Shown: positions 29,290 through 39,102 of the stretch, in pieces | Layout: the number at the start of each line of letters is the position of its first letter | Numbering within the stretch: position 1 is the stretch's first letter | Source: Bacteroidia bacterium | GTDB lineage: Bacteria > Bacteroidota > Bacteroidia > 2-12-FULL-35-15 | Assembly (NCBI GenBank): GCA_045805205.1 | Contig: JBJMLR010000010.1 | Span: 263,388 to 327,387, forward strand | DNA: 64,000 nucleotides | Direction of reading: 5' to 3' | Program-made: the position numbers and the translations under genes | Notes under the pieces: model-generated | What the model was told of the DNA's origin: nothing | Seen by the model: the letters and a program-made list of their open reading frames with translations, nothing else | Database searches by the model: none

Positions 29290-29324
29290 AAAAGCGTCAT
29301 CCCCGGATCAGAGGACGACGCTTT
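29288..29324. terminator. Terminator between convergent genes
   Basis: AAAGCGTCATCC..GGACGACGCTTT imperfect stem with A/T flanks. Confidence 0.6.
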
Positions 29325-29329
29325 CCATA

Positions 29330-32300
29330 TTAATTCTTGATGAACTTCGTGGTAGCTCGGATGCCTGAAGCGCTTTGCAGCTCTATAAGATAGATACCAT
29401 TTACAAGTTCAGAAACGGAGATCTTTTGCCGGGACGCTCCGGTTCGGATTGCTTCCTGGATGATCGTCCTGCCCTGGAGGTCAAAGACCCGGATCGTTCC
29501 TGTTTCCGCAACTGTACCCAGATCGATATTCAATTCATTTGTCGCCGGATCTGGATAGACCAATAACCCTGTTGAACTTTCTACACCAGTGATCCCCAGC
29601 GGAGCTCCGATGGTATTGAGCGTTTGATTTGTCAGCACGGGTTGGTTATAATCGAAATAGATCGCTGCACGATTCCTGATCTCCGTTCCGATTGTAAGAC
29701 CGGGCTTCTGCTTAATGGAATAGCTTATTAATCCTCGGCTTGCGGTTTCACTGTTCTCCTGCCAGTCAAGATGAATATTGTCGAAGGTGAACGTGAGGAC
29801 GCCGGTTTCAGAAATGGACGCTGTGTAAAGATGATCGGAATATCCAGGACGAAGTGATGTTATGTCAAGGTTCGCGTCAAGTGTGTCGATCACAACTACT
29901 TTGTTTGCGTACGAAGTTCCGGTATTCTGAAAGTGGACGACGTAATCGAGCGAAGAATCTGCGGTGGTGATATACCCTTGCGGACCTGTTCCTTTCGGGC
30001 TGACTTCTTTGAAGTTCGGATCGTAGGAGCCGACAACCGTGGTCTGAAATGTATTCACATTGTTCCACGGTGTATAGTCGTTTACCCAGTCGGTGATCGG
30101 AGCCGCATAATTAGCCGTATCGTTGAAAAAAACATTCGTCGCAAGCGGGATGGTTGTCGGAACCAGGTCAGTAAAATAAATCATCGTCGAAGCTCCGGGA
30201 GCAAGGGAGGGGAAACCGCCGGTTACGCTGTACCAATTCGGTTCTGTTCCCGGACTTAGTTGTGTATATGCAGGAGGAGTAGTGCTGACCAGGTTCAGCT
30301 GTCCGTCCGAACGATAGCTGAGCTGGATGGAGGATTCGTTAACAGTTCCGTCATTCATTACGATGAGTCCCTGCGTGTATGTATTTCCAGGAACCGGATA
30401 GCTCGTCTGTGTCCTCACGATATGCATGTCATGGATCGTATTGATGTTATTTGCAAAATCAACGGTTGAGATGCATCCGCTCGAAGCGGTTACTGAAACA
30501 GGAATACTGTTGCTCTGACAGGGAGCGAGCGGATATGCGTATTCCACGGATTCCGATAAGGTATAGCTTCCGGTGGGAACAGTAAACGAATAATTACCAT
30601 TCACATCGGTAAATGTATATCCGAATCCCAGGCAATGGATCATGATATGCTCAATGCCTTGTTCACCTGAATCAAAAATACAATTGCTGTTTGCATCTGC
30701 GTACACTTTTCCCGTGATCGTGCAATAGCAGCTTGTGTTCAATGGATCGTAACCCACATGATCATAAGCTCCGTAATTGCTCCAGCAGCCGTTTGCGTCC
30801 TGTACCGTTACCCAGTAATCTCCGGTTACCAGGCCGGTTGCCGTCGGACCGGTTTGTCCGTTACTCCAGTTGTAAGAATATGGGGCGAGCCCTCCCGTTG
30901 CATTTGCATAAACGACGCCATCTGCAGCATACATGCAACTTGCTATCACTGTACTGTAACCGATATTGATCGGACTCGTCTGCCCCAGCGATGCATATTT
31001 TGTCACAGAGCAACCTGCATTATCGCTTACCACACAATAGTAATTTCCCAGGGAAGCACCGCTGATAGAAGGAGTTGTAGCGCCGGTGTTCCATGAATAG
31101 GTAAAAGGTGGATCGGAACCGGTGACGTTCACGCCAACGGTTCCGGTGGTAACCGGACAAACAGGATTCATATTATACGCGGTTGCATTGATGGTGCTTA
31201 CCGGAGGAATAACTGCAGTTCCCGTTTGCACGCAGCCGGATGCATCGGTGACAGTAAAGGCATAGGAACCCGCTAACATACCGCTGATCGTTGCTCCGCT
31301 CATTGCCGGTGTGGTATTCCAGCTGACCGTATATGGAACAGTTCCGCCTGAAATTGAAAGTGTAGCGCTTCCGGTTGCCGATGTACAGGAGCTTGGTGTT
31401 GATGAGTTGGAAACAATGATCGGTGTGGAAGTACCAATGTATAAATAGCTTGTACCGATACAACCGTTTGCATCGGTGGCAGTAACCAAAAGACTCGTAT
31501 TTCCGGGAAGTCCGCCGATAGACTGACTACTCATTCCATTGCTGTAAAAATAGGTATAAGGAGGAGTGCCGCCGGAGCCGAAGGTGATTACGCTTCCATC
31601 GTTCAACAGGCATGTTGCACTGGTTGTTACCGGGTTGGCATTGATGGTTACGGACTGTATTACATCACCCGATGCGCTTGTGTTGCAACCCTGAAAGTCC
31701 GTTACGGTCGCAGAATAAGTTCCCTGTGTGAGCCCGCTGATAGAAGTAGTTGTAGCGCCGTTCGACCAGGAGTATGTATACGGAAGCGTTCCGCCGGTTA
31801 ATCCCGTGATCGCTGCCGTTCCGTTTGTACACGAAGCAGTCGTTGTTGCAACCGAGAAGCTGATCCCGGAAATATTCCGGATCTCCATCGTTGAAGAGCT
31901 GTCGGCTCCCGTGGTTACAATGCATCCGCTGGAGTTGGTAACGATTGCACCATAATAGCCCGGAGGAAGAGTAACCGGGTTTCCGATCCCTGCAGTTGAT
32001 CCCAATCCACCATAGGCGGTTGAATTAAACCATTGGACGGATGAAGGAGCACTGCCTCCGTTGATTGTGAGCTGAATGCTTCCGGTGAGCGACGGACAAA
32101 TGGCATCGGTGATCACAGGCGGATCGATACTAAATGGTGATAACATGGATACGGGAGTATAAAAATATCCTCCTATTCCTCCCGATCCTGACTGCAGTAC
32201 ATAAACAGAATTGATAGCTGCTGTGATCCCAAATAAAGTGTCAGTCATGGAAGCAACTCCCATGTGATACGTATATCCACCATTCACATCACTATAATAA

Positions 32301-32494
32301 TAATCCAGAGGTGGTGTCACACCTGAAGTGATCATGATTGCAAGTTCTCCGTCAGCATTGCAGGGCTGATGGATGACGTTGTAGGTACCAGGTACCGATT
32401 GTCCGCTGACTTTAAAGCTCAGCAATAATAAACCGGCTACCGCCATCCATGCGATCTGTTTGGGGACAGTTAATTTTCTGTTAAAGGCTTTCAT
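29330..32494 (-). CDS. T9SS type A cargo with SprB-like repeats and a C-terminal SYDPN-type Ig domain
   Basis: GGTxPYTYSWSNG..VTD..GC repeats; GSYDPNFKEVSP..FQNTGT..IYFDYNQPVLTN; CTD VYPDPA..KFIKN. Confidence 0.88.
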   Translation of the reverse strand: MKAFNRKLTVPKQIAWMAVAGLLLLSFKVSGQSVPGTYNVIHQPCNADGELAIMITSGVTPPLDYYYSDVNGGYTYHMGVASMTDTLFGITAAINSVYVLQSGSGGIGGYFYTPVSMLSPFSIDPPVITDAICPSLTGSIQLTINGGSAPSSVQWFNSTAYGGLGSTAGIGNPVTLPPGYYGAIVTNSSGCIVTTGADSSSTMEIRNISGISFSVATTTASCTNGTAAITGLTGGTLPYTYSWSNGATTTSISGLTQGTYSATVTDFQGCNTSASGDVIQSVTINANPVTTSATCLLNDGSVITFGSGGTPPYTYFYSNGMSSQSIGGLPGNTSLLVTATDANGCIGTSYLYIGTSTPIIVSNSSTPSSCTSATGSATLSISGGTVPYTVSWNTTPAMSGATISGMLAGSYAFTVTDASGCVQTGTAVIPPVSTINATAYNMNPVCPVTTGTVGVNVTGSDPPFTYSWNTGATTPSISGASLGNYYCVVSDNAGCSVTKYASLGQTSPINIGYSTVIASCMYAADGVVYANATGGLAPYSYNWSNGQTGPTATGLVTGDYWVTVQDANGCWSNYGAYDHVGYDPLNTSCYCTITGKVYADANSNCIFDSGEQGIEHIMIHCLGFGYTFTDVNGNYSFTVPTGSYTLSESVEYAYPLAPCQSNSIPVSVTASSGCISTVDFANNINTIHDMHIVRTQTSYPVPGNTYTQGLIVMNDGTVNESSIQLSYRSDGQLNLVSTTPPAYTQLSPGTEPNWYSVTGGFPSLAPGASTMIYFTDLVPTTIPLATNVFFNDTANYAAPITDWVNDYTPWNNVNTFQTTVVGSYDPNFKEVSPKGTGPQGYITTADSSLDYVVHFQNTGTSYANKVVVIDTLDANLDITSLRPGYSDHLYTASISETGVLTFTFDNIHLDWQENSETASRGLISYSIKQKPGLTIGTEIRNRAAIYFDYNQPVLTNQTLNTIGAPLGITGVESSTGLLVYPDPATNELNIDLGTVAETGTIRVFDLQGRTIIQEAIRTGASRQKISVSELVNGIYLIELQSASGIRATTKFIKN

Positions 32495-32551
32495 AAGATT
32501 TAGATTTAATTCAATAAAAAACAGGGGATGGTTCGCAGAGGTGGGGATAAG

Positions 32552-32578
32552 ATCCCGCCTCCCCGAAGGAAGGCGGAA
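32552..32578 (-). terminator. GC-rich hairpin after the PKD gene, probable terminator
   Basis: TTCCGCCTTCC-TTCG-GGGAGGCGGGA on the minus strand; U-tract is weak. Confidence 0.5.
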
Positions 32579-32605
32579 TATTCTCTCTAAACTATTCAGA
32601 TAAGC

Positions 32606-34309
32606 TTACCGGTTGATCAGCAGCTTTCTCGTTGATACGGTGTTGTCCACTTTTAGTTGCAACATGTACATCCCCTCTGCCGTTTCTCCCGCATTCCAGA
32701 CAAGCGTGTACGCTCCTGCTGCGTGTCGTGTATCTTCCAGCTGTGCGATCGTGTTCCCTAATAAATCGACAACGGTTACCGAAACATTCGCATCCTTGCT
32801 GATCGAGTAGGCGATCGTTGTGCTTTCGCTGAACGGATTCGGGTAATTTTCGAAGCCGGAAAGCACTGTGGTTTCTGAAATTCCCATTGCAGGATTTAAT
32901 ACGTTCACCGTAAATGGACCTGACATTGCAAGCCCGGGAGTGATCGTGTCACAGTAGTTTGAAGTGCAGCTGTAGCCCATGTACATATTCGTGATCGTGA
33001 GGCAAAGGTTCACAGGAGTTGTTGTTGCGTAGGTGTGTGACGGGTACGCCGCTGTGGATGTGGAGCCGTCTCCGAAATCCCAAAGGTAGGTGGTAACGCC
33101 CGGAAGTGCGCCCGCATAGTTATACACGAAGTAGTTGTAAATATTTGTGGAATCCTGGAGCACACCGAAGTATGCACTGCATGATGGCGGTGCCGCGATC
33201 GTAATGTAATTGCAATACTGGCAGGAGTCGTTTGTTGAACCGCTGTAGCCATAAACTGTTAAACAAACAAGATAGGTTCCCGGACTTGAATAATAGTGAG
33301 TCGTATTTCCCATTGCGGAGCTGTTGGTGCCGTCGCCAAAATCCCAGTAATAAACCTGTCCGGATGCTCCTGTCGGAGTATTCGAGAATACACCATATCC
33401 AACAGAATCAACGGCAGTATAATTTGCATTTACGATCCCGAGACAAACTCCGGATGAGCCGGTGCTGATCGTGATCGTGTCGCAAAAAGTATCGCTGCAG
33501 GTTCCCAGGAAATTTGCAATCGAAAGGCAAACCGTGTATGTCCCCGGCGTACTGTAATAATGGGAAGGATTTGCTGCTGTCGATGTAGAGCCGTCACCGA
33601 AATTCCATGCATACGTCAGCGGACCGGATGGTGTGCTGGACGCGTTATGGAAATCAACAGTTGCCCCGGAGATCGAGTCGCCGAAATATGCATAACACGG
33701 AGCAGGTATGCTGCTAACGCTGATATTATCACAGAATTGACAAGAGTCCGTTCCCGTTCCTGTTTCGTAAACGGTCAGACAAACCCAGTAATTTCCGTTA
33801 TAGGGATAGGTGTGTGATGTATTGCCAACCGTTGAGCTGATTGTGCCGTCGCCAAAATCCCAGTGATAGACCTGGCCGGTCGCAGTGGTGGAAGGCGTGT
33901 TGTAAAAATCAATCGTGCCGGTCGTTTCATTCCAGGTATAATATGGATTAACAATTCCAAGGCAGCCCCCTGAAGTTCCGTAGTTGACGGATACCGTATC
34001 GCAGAATGATGCGGTACATGTTCCGGAAAAATCGGTTACGGTCAGGCAAGCGTAATAAACGCCCGAAGCTCCATATGTGTGGAACGTATCGCCGCTGCTC
34101 GTTCCGGTGCTTCCATCACCGAAATTCCAGGTGCTGGTCAGTCCGGATCCGGTGGAAGTATTAATGAATACAGTTGTACCGGAAGAATCAGTTGCAAAAA
34201 AGTTAGCGGTACATTGAGCTTGTGCGCCGATGCCACAGAGCAAAAGTGCAAAAATCAAGATAAGCCTGAGGAGCCCGGATCTCTTTTTGATTTTAGTAGT
34301 TGTTTTCAT
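32606..34309 (-). CDS. PKD-repeat protein with T9SS type A CTD
   Basis: Likely start MKTTTKIKK at 34309; five W(D/N)FGDG..H.Y..G.Y.VCLT repeats; YPNPFS..RKLLIN. Confidence 0.9.
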   Translation of the reverse strand: MKTTTKIKKRSGLLRLILIFALLLCGIGAQAQCTANFFATDSSGTTVFINTSTGSGLTSTWNFGDGSTGTSSGDTFHTYGASGVYYACLTVTDFSGTCTASFCDTVSVNYGTSGGCLGIVNPYYTWNETTGTIDFYNTPSTTATGQVYHWDFGDGTISSTVGNTSHTYPYNGNYWVCLTVYETGTGTDSCQFCDNISVSSIPAPCYAYFGDSISGATVDFHNASSTPSGPLTYAWNFGDGSTSTAANPSHYYSTPGTYTVCLSIANFLGTCSDTFCDTITISTGSSGVCLGIVNANYTAVDSVGYGVFSNTPTGASGQVYYWDFGDGTNSSAMGNTTHYYSSPGTYLVCLTVYGYSGSTNDSCQYCNYITIAAPPSCSAYFGVLQDSTNIYNYFVYNYAGALPGVTTYLWDFGDGSTSTAAYPSHTYATTTPVNLCLTITNMYMGYSCTSNYCDTITPGLAMSGPFTVNVLNPAMGISETTVLSGFENYPNPFSESTTIAYSISKDANVSVTVVDLLGNTIAQLEDTRHAAGAYTLVWNAGETAEGMYMLQLKVDNTVSTRKLLINR

Positions 34310-34490
34310 GATATGATTGTTTAGGTTGTTTCTGTTTTCTATTTGATGATACAAAGGTGGAACAGAAAAACCGCGGGAGAAAATCAAAAATGAAAAATCT
34401 TACTTATTCAAATGACGTATTTTATACTCTTTCATATAAATTAGGGGCATTTACCTGAAATAAATACCCTTATTCAATGATAAAAAATGC

Positions 34491-35798
34491 TTAATTTTTT
34501 ATGATCAGTTTCGAAGAGCTCCGGCTGGCAGACGACATTTTGACCAGGTATGCTCCTTTGCTCAGCATCGAAACATTCAGCTCCATGCTGTTTGCTCCGG
34601 GATTTGCCGGCCAGTTGTAAGCCGCGATCCTGTTACCGACGAGGTCAACGATCTCCAATAAAATCTCCGCTCTTTCTGTTTGATTCCAGGAAACATTCAG
34701 ATGGTCCTTCACAGGGTTCGGATAAGCGTTCAGTGAAAGTTGATCCTGGTGCTCGCTGATCCCGGTAATTGTTACTGTTACTGAATCGCAATAGGTGTTG
34801 GAGCATCCGTTGAATGCATCTGTGATGGTCGAGCAGACATAGTAGGTTCCGGATGCCGCATACGTATTTGTTGTTGCCGCACCGGTGCCTGTTTGTCCGT
34901 CCCCGAAATCCCAGGTATAGCCGCTGGAAGTCGGAGGATTCGCGCCAAAGCCGACCTGGCCGTTGTTATCATAATACGTAAACGTAAAGTTGCAGGCAGC
35001 GGGATCCGCCGCGAGGACAACAGAATCACAATACATGCTGCTGCACATGGTTGCGGAATCAACGGTAGTAAGACATACATAATAAGACCCTGCGGTAGCA
35101 TAGGTATTATATGTTGCCGGACCGGTTCCGCTGTTTCCATCGCCGAAATCCCAGGTAAAGGTATTGCTGAAGCTGAACGGCGTTACGGTGAAGCCGACAT
35201 TGCCGCTGCCGCCATCATTCCAGTTGAACATGGTCGCACAGGAAGCAGGAGAAACATATACATTAATGCTGTCGCAAACCGTAGCGGTACATAATCCGTC
35301 GTTATCATACACGGTCAGGCAGACATAATACATCCCGGTTGGATACGTATGAGAAGGTGCCACAGTGCTGTCGGCACTTCCGTCGCCGAGGTCCCAGGCA
35401 TAGTTGAGATTGATGCCAAGCGGCGCTGCCTGGAAATTAACATTGCCATTGGTCGTGTCGACTGTGTAAGTGAAGGAAGGTGTGATTCCGCCGGTGACGG
35501 TAACGGTTGCGTTAAAAGTATTACTGCAGAAGCCGGATGTGAAAATAGTAAGTGATACGTTAAAGATCCCGCAGGAATTATAAACGTGAGAAGGATTTTG
35601 TGTGGTGCTGAATCCGCCATCACCAAAATTCCAGCCCCAGCTTACGACGGAGCCAAGGGAAGCAGTCGATGCATCTGTGAAAGCGACGGTATCAGCGTTG
35701 GTGACGTACGTGAAGCTTGCGGTGCATTGTGCTTTTGCTGTGTCAGAGAGGGTAAGCGACAGGAGCGCCAGGCAAAGTGCTGTGAAAATATTCTTCAT
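34491..35798 (-). CDS. PKD-repeat protein with T9SS type A CTD
   Basis: Signal peptide; four WDFGDG-type repeats; YPNPV..KLIIKN. Confidence 0.9.
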   Translation of the reverse strand: MKNIFTALCLALLSLTLSDTAKAQCTASFTYVTNADTVAFTDASTASLGSVVSWGWNFGDGGFSTTQNPSHVYNSCGIFNVSLTIFTSGFCSNTFNATVTVTGGITPSFTYTVDTTNGNVNFQAAPLGINLNYAWDLGDGSADSTVAPSHTYPTGMYYVCLTVYDNDGLCTATVCDSINVYVSPASCATMFNWNDGGSGNVGFTVTPFSFSNTFTWDFGDGNSGTGPATYNTYATAGSYYVCLTTVDSATMCSSMYCDSVVLAADPAACNFTFTYYDNNGQVGFGANPPTSSGYTWDFGDGQTGTGAATTNTYAASGTYYVCSTITDAFNGCSNTYCDSVTVTITGISEHQDQLSLNAYPNPVKDHLNVSWNQTERAEILLEIVDLVGNRIAAYNWPANPGANSMELNVSMLSKGAYLVKMSSASRSSSKLIIKN

Positions 35799-35885
35799 GA
35801 TGTGAGGTTTTTATCCATATCAAAAATAAGAAATTATGAGCAAATCCGCTCAAATTCGCGTAAATTTGCACCTGATCAAAGCAGC

Positions 35886-37820
35886 ATGAATACTAATTTA
35901 TATTGCAACAGCCTGACGCAATATTCCAGGTATAAAACACGCGTGGTGAATGTCGGCGATGTGCCCCTGGGCGGCGATCATCCGATCCGTTTACAGTCGA
36001 TGACGACCACCGATACGATGAATACCCTTGCGACGGTGGAGCAGAGCATTCGCATGATAGAAGCGGGTTGTGAATATGTCCGGATCACCGCGCCCAGTCT
36101 CAAAGAGGCGCAAAATCTCGAAAACATAAAGAAGGAGCTGAGAGCAAGAGGATATAAAACACCGCTTGTTGCGGATATTCATTTCACACCGAACGCAGCA
36201 GAGCTCGCTGCACGCATAGTAGAAAAAGTGCGTGTAAATCCCGGAAACTACGCCGATAAAAAGAAGTTTGAGAATATCGATTATACCGATGCATCTTATG
36301 TCGCTGAGCTGGATCGCATCCGTGAACGTTTTACGCCGCTGGTGAAGATCTGCAAAGAATACGGAACCGCGATGCGCATCGGAACGAACCACGGTTCCCT
36401 GAGTGACCGGATCCTCAGCCGTTACGGAGATACACCGCTCGGAATGGTGGAAAGTGCCTTGGAGTTTCTGCGGATCTGCGAAGACAATAATTATTACAAT
36501 ATCGTTCTTTCGATGAAGGCCAGCAACCCGCAGGTGATGGTGCAGGCATACCGTTTACTCATCCGGAAAATGAATGAGCTCGGAATGAATTATCCTTTGC
36601 ATCTCGGCGTGACCGAAGCAGGAGAAGGGGAAGACGGAAGAATAAAATCTGCGGTTGGTATCGGGACATTGCTGGAAGATGGGATCGGAGATACGGTACG
36701 TGTTTCTTTAACGGAAGATCCGGAGTTTGAAATTCCTGTCGCGCGCGACCTGGTGGAGCGTTATTCAAAACGCCTGCCTCACAAGCTGATCCCTGCGGTT
36801 ACAATACTTCCTTATTCGCCGTACGAACATGCCAAGAGGAAAACGGTTGAGACCGGAACTATCGGAAGTCATAATGTTCCCCGCGTGATCGCGGATCTGA
36901 GTGATAAGCAGCAGATCACTCCGGCGTCCTTGTTTCCTTTCGGCTATACATATTCCGTTCCGATGGATAAGTGGAACCTCAGCGACCAGGCATGTGATCT
37001 GGTTTATGCAGGTTTGAACAGCGTTGATTTTGAGATCCCGGGAACGCTGGGGATCATTTATGATTTTAAGAAATGGGAAAGCATCGGAAAGAAGGAGCGT
37101 TCTTACCCGCTGTTCACCGTTGCTGAATACATGAATTCCGACAACCGATCAGGTGATCTGAATTTTATCGCAGCTCAGCTGAGCGACATCATGGATGCTT
37201 CGCTGATGAAGAAGATCAGTGAGAATGAAAAGACGGTTCTTGTGCTGGAGACAACGAATGAACATGGAATGGCAGAGCAGCGTCGTGCATTCATTGAGCT
37301 GATGAATTCGAAGAACGATATTCCGGTAATTGTTAAGCGGAGCTATAAGGCGATTTCAGCGGAGGAATTCCAATTATATGCATCTACTGATCTCGGTGCT
37401 CTGCTGCTGGATGGTTTCGGCGATGGCATCTGGATCAGCCAGGAAAAATGTACTTCAGCCCAAAATGTGAATGCTACTGCATTTGGAATTTTACAGGCGA
37501 CACGCACACGCATCTCGAAAACAGAATATATTTCCTGCCCCTCCTGCGGCCGGACGCTTTTCGATCTCCAGGAAACGACTGCGAAGATCCGGAACCGCAC
37601 GGATCACCTGAAAGGCGTAAAGATCGGCATTATGGGTTGTATCGTGAACGGGCCGGGTGAAATGGCCGATGCAGATTATGGATACGTGGGAACCGGCATC
37701 GATAAGATCACGCTCTACAAAGGAAAGGAAGTTGTAGAACGCAATGTACATTCCGATAAAGCGGTGGATGCATTGATCGATCTGATCAAAAAGCACGGGG
37801 ACTGGATTGATAAAGGATAG
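35886..37820 (+). CDS. ispG: (E)-4-hydroxy-3-methylbut-2-enyl-diphosphate synthase, long form
   Basis: Start MNTNLYC after TAAATTTG (35861-35868); QSMTTTDT, ADIHF, RVNPGN, HLGVTEAG, SCPSCGR, MGCIVNGPGE. Confidence 0.95.
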   Translation: MNTNLYCNSLTQYSRYKTRVVNVGDVPLGGDHPIRLQSMTTTDTMNTLATVEQSIRMIEAGCEYVRITAPSLKEAQNLENIKKELRARGYKTPLVADIHFTPNAAELAARIVEKVRVNPGNYADKKKFENIDYTDASYVAELDRIRERFTPLVKICKEYGTAMRIGTNHGSLSDRILSRYGDTPLGMVESALEFLRICEDNNYYNIVLSMKASNPQVMVQAYRLLIRKMNELGMNYPLHLGVTEAGEGEDGRIKSAVGIGTLLEDGIGDTVRVSLTEDPEFEIPVARDLVERYSKRLPHKLIPAVTILPYSPYEHAKRKTVETGTIGSHNVPRVIADLSDKQQITPASLFPFGYTYSVPMDKWNLSDQACDLVYAGLNSVDFEIPGTLGIIYDFKKWESIGKKERSYPLFTVAEYMNSDNRSGDLNFIAAQLSDIMDASLMKKISENEKTVLVLETTNEHGMAEQRRAFIELMNSKNDIPVIVKRSYKAISAEEFQLYASTDLGALLLDGFGDGIWISQEKCTSAQNVNATAFGILQATRTRISKTEYISCPSCGRTLFDLQETTAKIRNRTDHLKGVKIGIMGCIVNGPGEMADADYGYVGTGIDKITLYKGKEVVERNVHSDKAVDALIDLIKKHGDWIDKG

Positions 37821-37845
37821 TTACGGATCCGCTACCGAGGCATTT

Positions 37846-38005
37846 CCGAATCTGTGGCTATTTACAAATAACGAATCTTTACGAATTATTACGAATCTGT
37901 GTTTTCTATACTGCGTGTGAATGGAACGCAGAAACGAATTTTTATGAATTCACAAATCTGTCTGTGATTGTCCACGAATAGTGAATCGCAACGAATATCA
38001 CGAAT
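37846..38005 (+). repeat. ACGAAT short-repeat array containing a 41-bp element duplicated at 63944..63984
   Basis: Exact ACGAAT at 37871, 37881, 37891, 37934, 37974, 37991 and 38000, plus variants. Confidence 0.7.
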
Positions 38006-38073
38006 AAAGGAAATAACGACCCCACCGTTGCAAATTTTGCTATTTTTGTTATATAAACTATAAACACAGAAAC

Positions 38074-39045
38074 ATGAAGAAATTATACTCCTTTTTATTC
38101 ATTGCAATGACTTCCACCGTTTTTGCCCAGACGACCATTCAGAATGGTAACATGGAATTGTGGGACAATGCAGGTGCAGCTAACGAAGAGCCCCAGTTTT
38201 TCAACTCGAATCAAACCGGTACCGATTATGCTCCCCTCGGGCCGCAGACCTGCTTTCGTGAAACCGTGTCGCCTCACGGAGGGACCTATTGCGCGAGAAT
38301 TGAAACGAAAACTTTTTTCGGACAGGTGGTGAACGGATCAATGGTGACGGGAATTGTAAACGCACCGACTACGAATAAGTCCGACGGTTACATCGGAACA
38401 ATGAAAGGAACCACAACTTCGGATATCCGCAGAATGGCTTTCATCGGCCGCCCGGACAGTCTTGTCGGATATTACAAATACACACAAGGAGGTTCTGCAG
38501 AAAAAGGAAAAGTGAGAGCGATCCTCCATCTCGGTCATTACTACGATCCGGAAGCCGGAAGCAGCTACCACCCGGATTCTTCCGCAAATAAGATCGGTGA
38601 CGCGCTGTTCCTTACACCTGCAAGCAACGTTTCTTCCTGGACCCGATTTGCGGTTGCATTTAATTATGTTTCCGCTGCAGCACCACAGTATATCATGATC
38701 AATACAACCTCGTCAAATGATCAGCTGACAACCGTGTCCGGAAGCAAGCTCTGGCTGGATGATCTTTCTGTCGTTTACAACTCTTCAGGCGTAAATGAAC
38801 TGGATAATGCAAATGATGTGGATGTGTACGCATTCGATAAGCAGATCCATATCAACGTGCAGAATGGGAGCTTCCAGAACAAATTGCTCCTGGTTTATGA
38901 CCTGACGGGAAAGCTTGTCGCTTCTGAGAAGATCACTAACGACAATTCAGCTGTTGTTGATGTTTCAAAGCTGAATCCGGGTTTGTATCTCTACCAGCTG
39001 AGCGGAACAGACCTGCTCAAAACCGGGAAGCTATTTATAAAGTAA
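38074..39045 (+). CDS. PCMD-like carbohydrate domain protein with T9SS type A CTD
   Basis: Signal peptide; NGNMELW, RPDSLVGYYKY, GSKLWLDDL; VYDLTGK..GLYLY..KLFIK. Confidence 0.8.
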   Translation: MKKLYSFLFIAMTSTVFAQTTIQNGNMELWDNAGAANEEPQFFNSNQTGTDYAPLGPQTCFRETVSPHGGTYCARIETKTFFGQVVNGSMVTGIVNAPTTNKSDGYIGTMKGTTTSDIRRMAFIGRPDSLVGYYKYTQGGSAEKGKVRAILHLGHYYDPEAGSSYHPDSSANKIGDALFLTPASNVSSWTRFAVAFNYVSAAAPQYIMINTTSSNDQLTTVSGSKLWLDDLSVVYNSSGVNELDNANDVDVYAFDKQIHINVQNGSFQNKLLLVYDLTGKLVASEKITNDNSAVVDVSKLNPGLYLYQLSGTDLLKTGKLFIK

Positions 39046-39059
39046 TCTTCTGAAATAAC

Positions 39060-39098
39060 TAAAGCCCTGGCGGATCATCGTCGGGGTTTTATTTTTTA
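39060..39098 (+). terminator. Rho-independent terminator
   Basis: AAAGCCCTGGCG..CGTCGGGGTTTT followed by ATTTTTT. Confidence 0.7.
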
Positions 39099-39102
39099 TA
39101 CA

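Noticed and set aside
29298-29304. CATCCCC occurrence as part of the apex-complementary motif set
   Set aside because: It lies inside a terminator stem between convergent genes, not in a leader; probably coincidental.
36780-37500. Large insertion in IspG as an intein or fusion
   Set aside because: Matches the known long three-domain IspG form of Bacteroidota, Chlamydia and plants; no intein terminal motifs.
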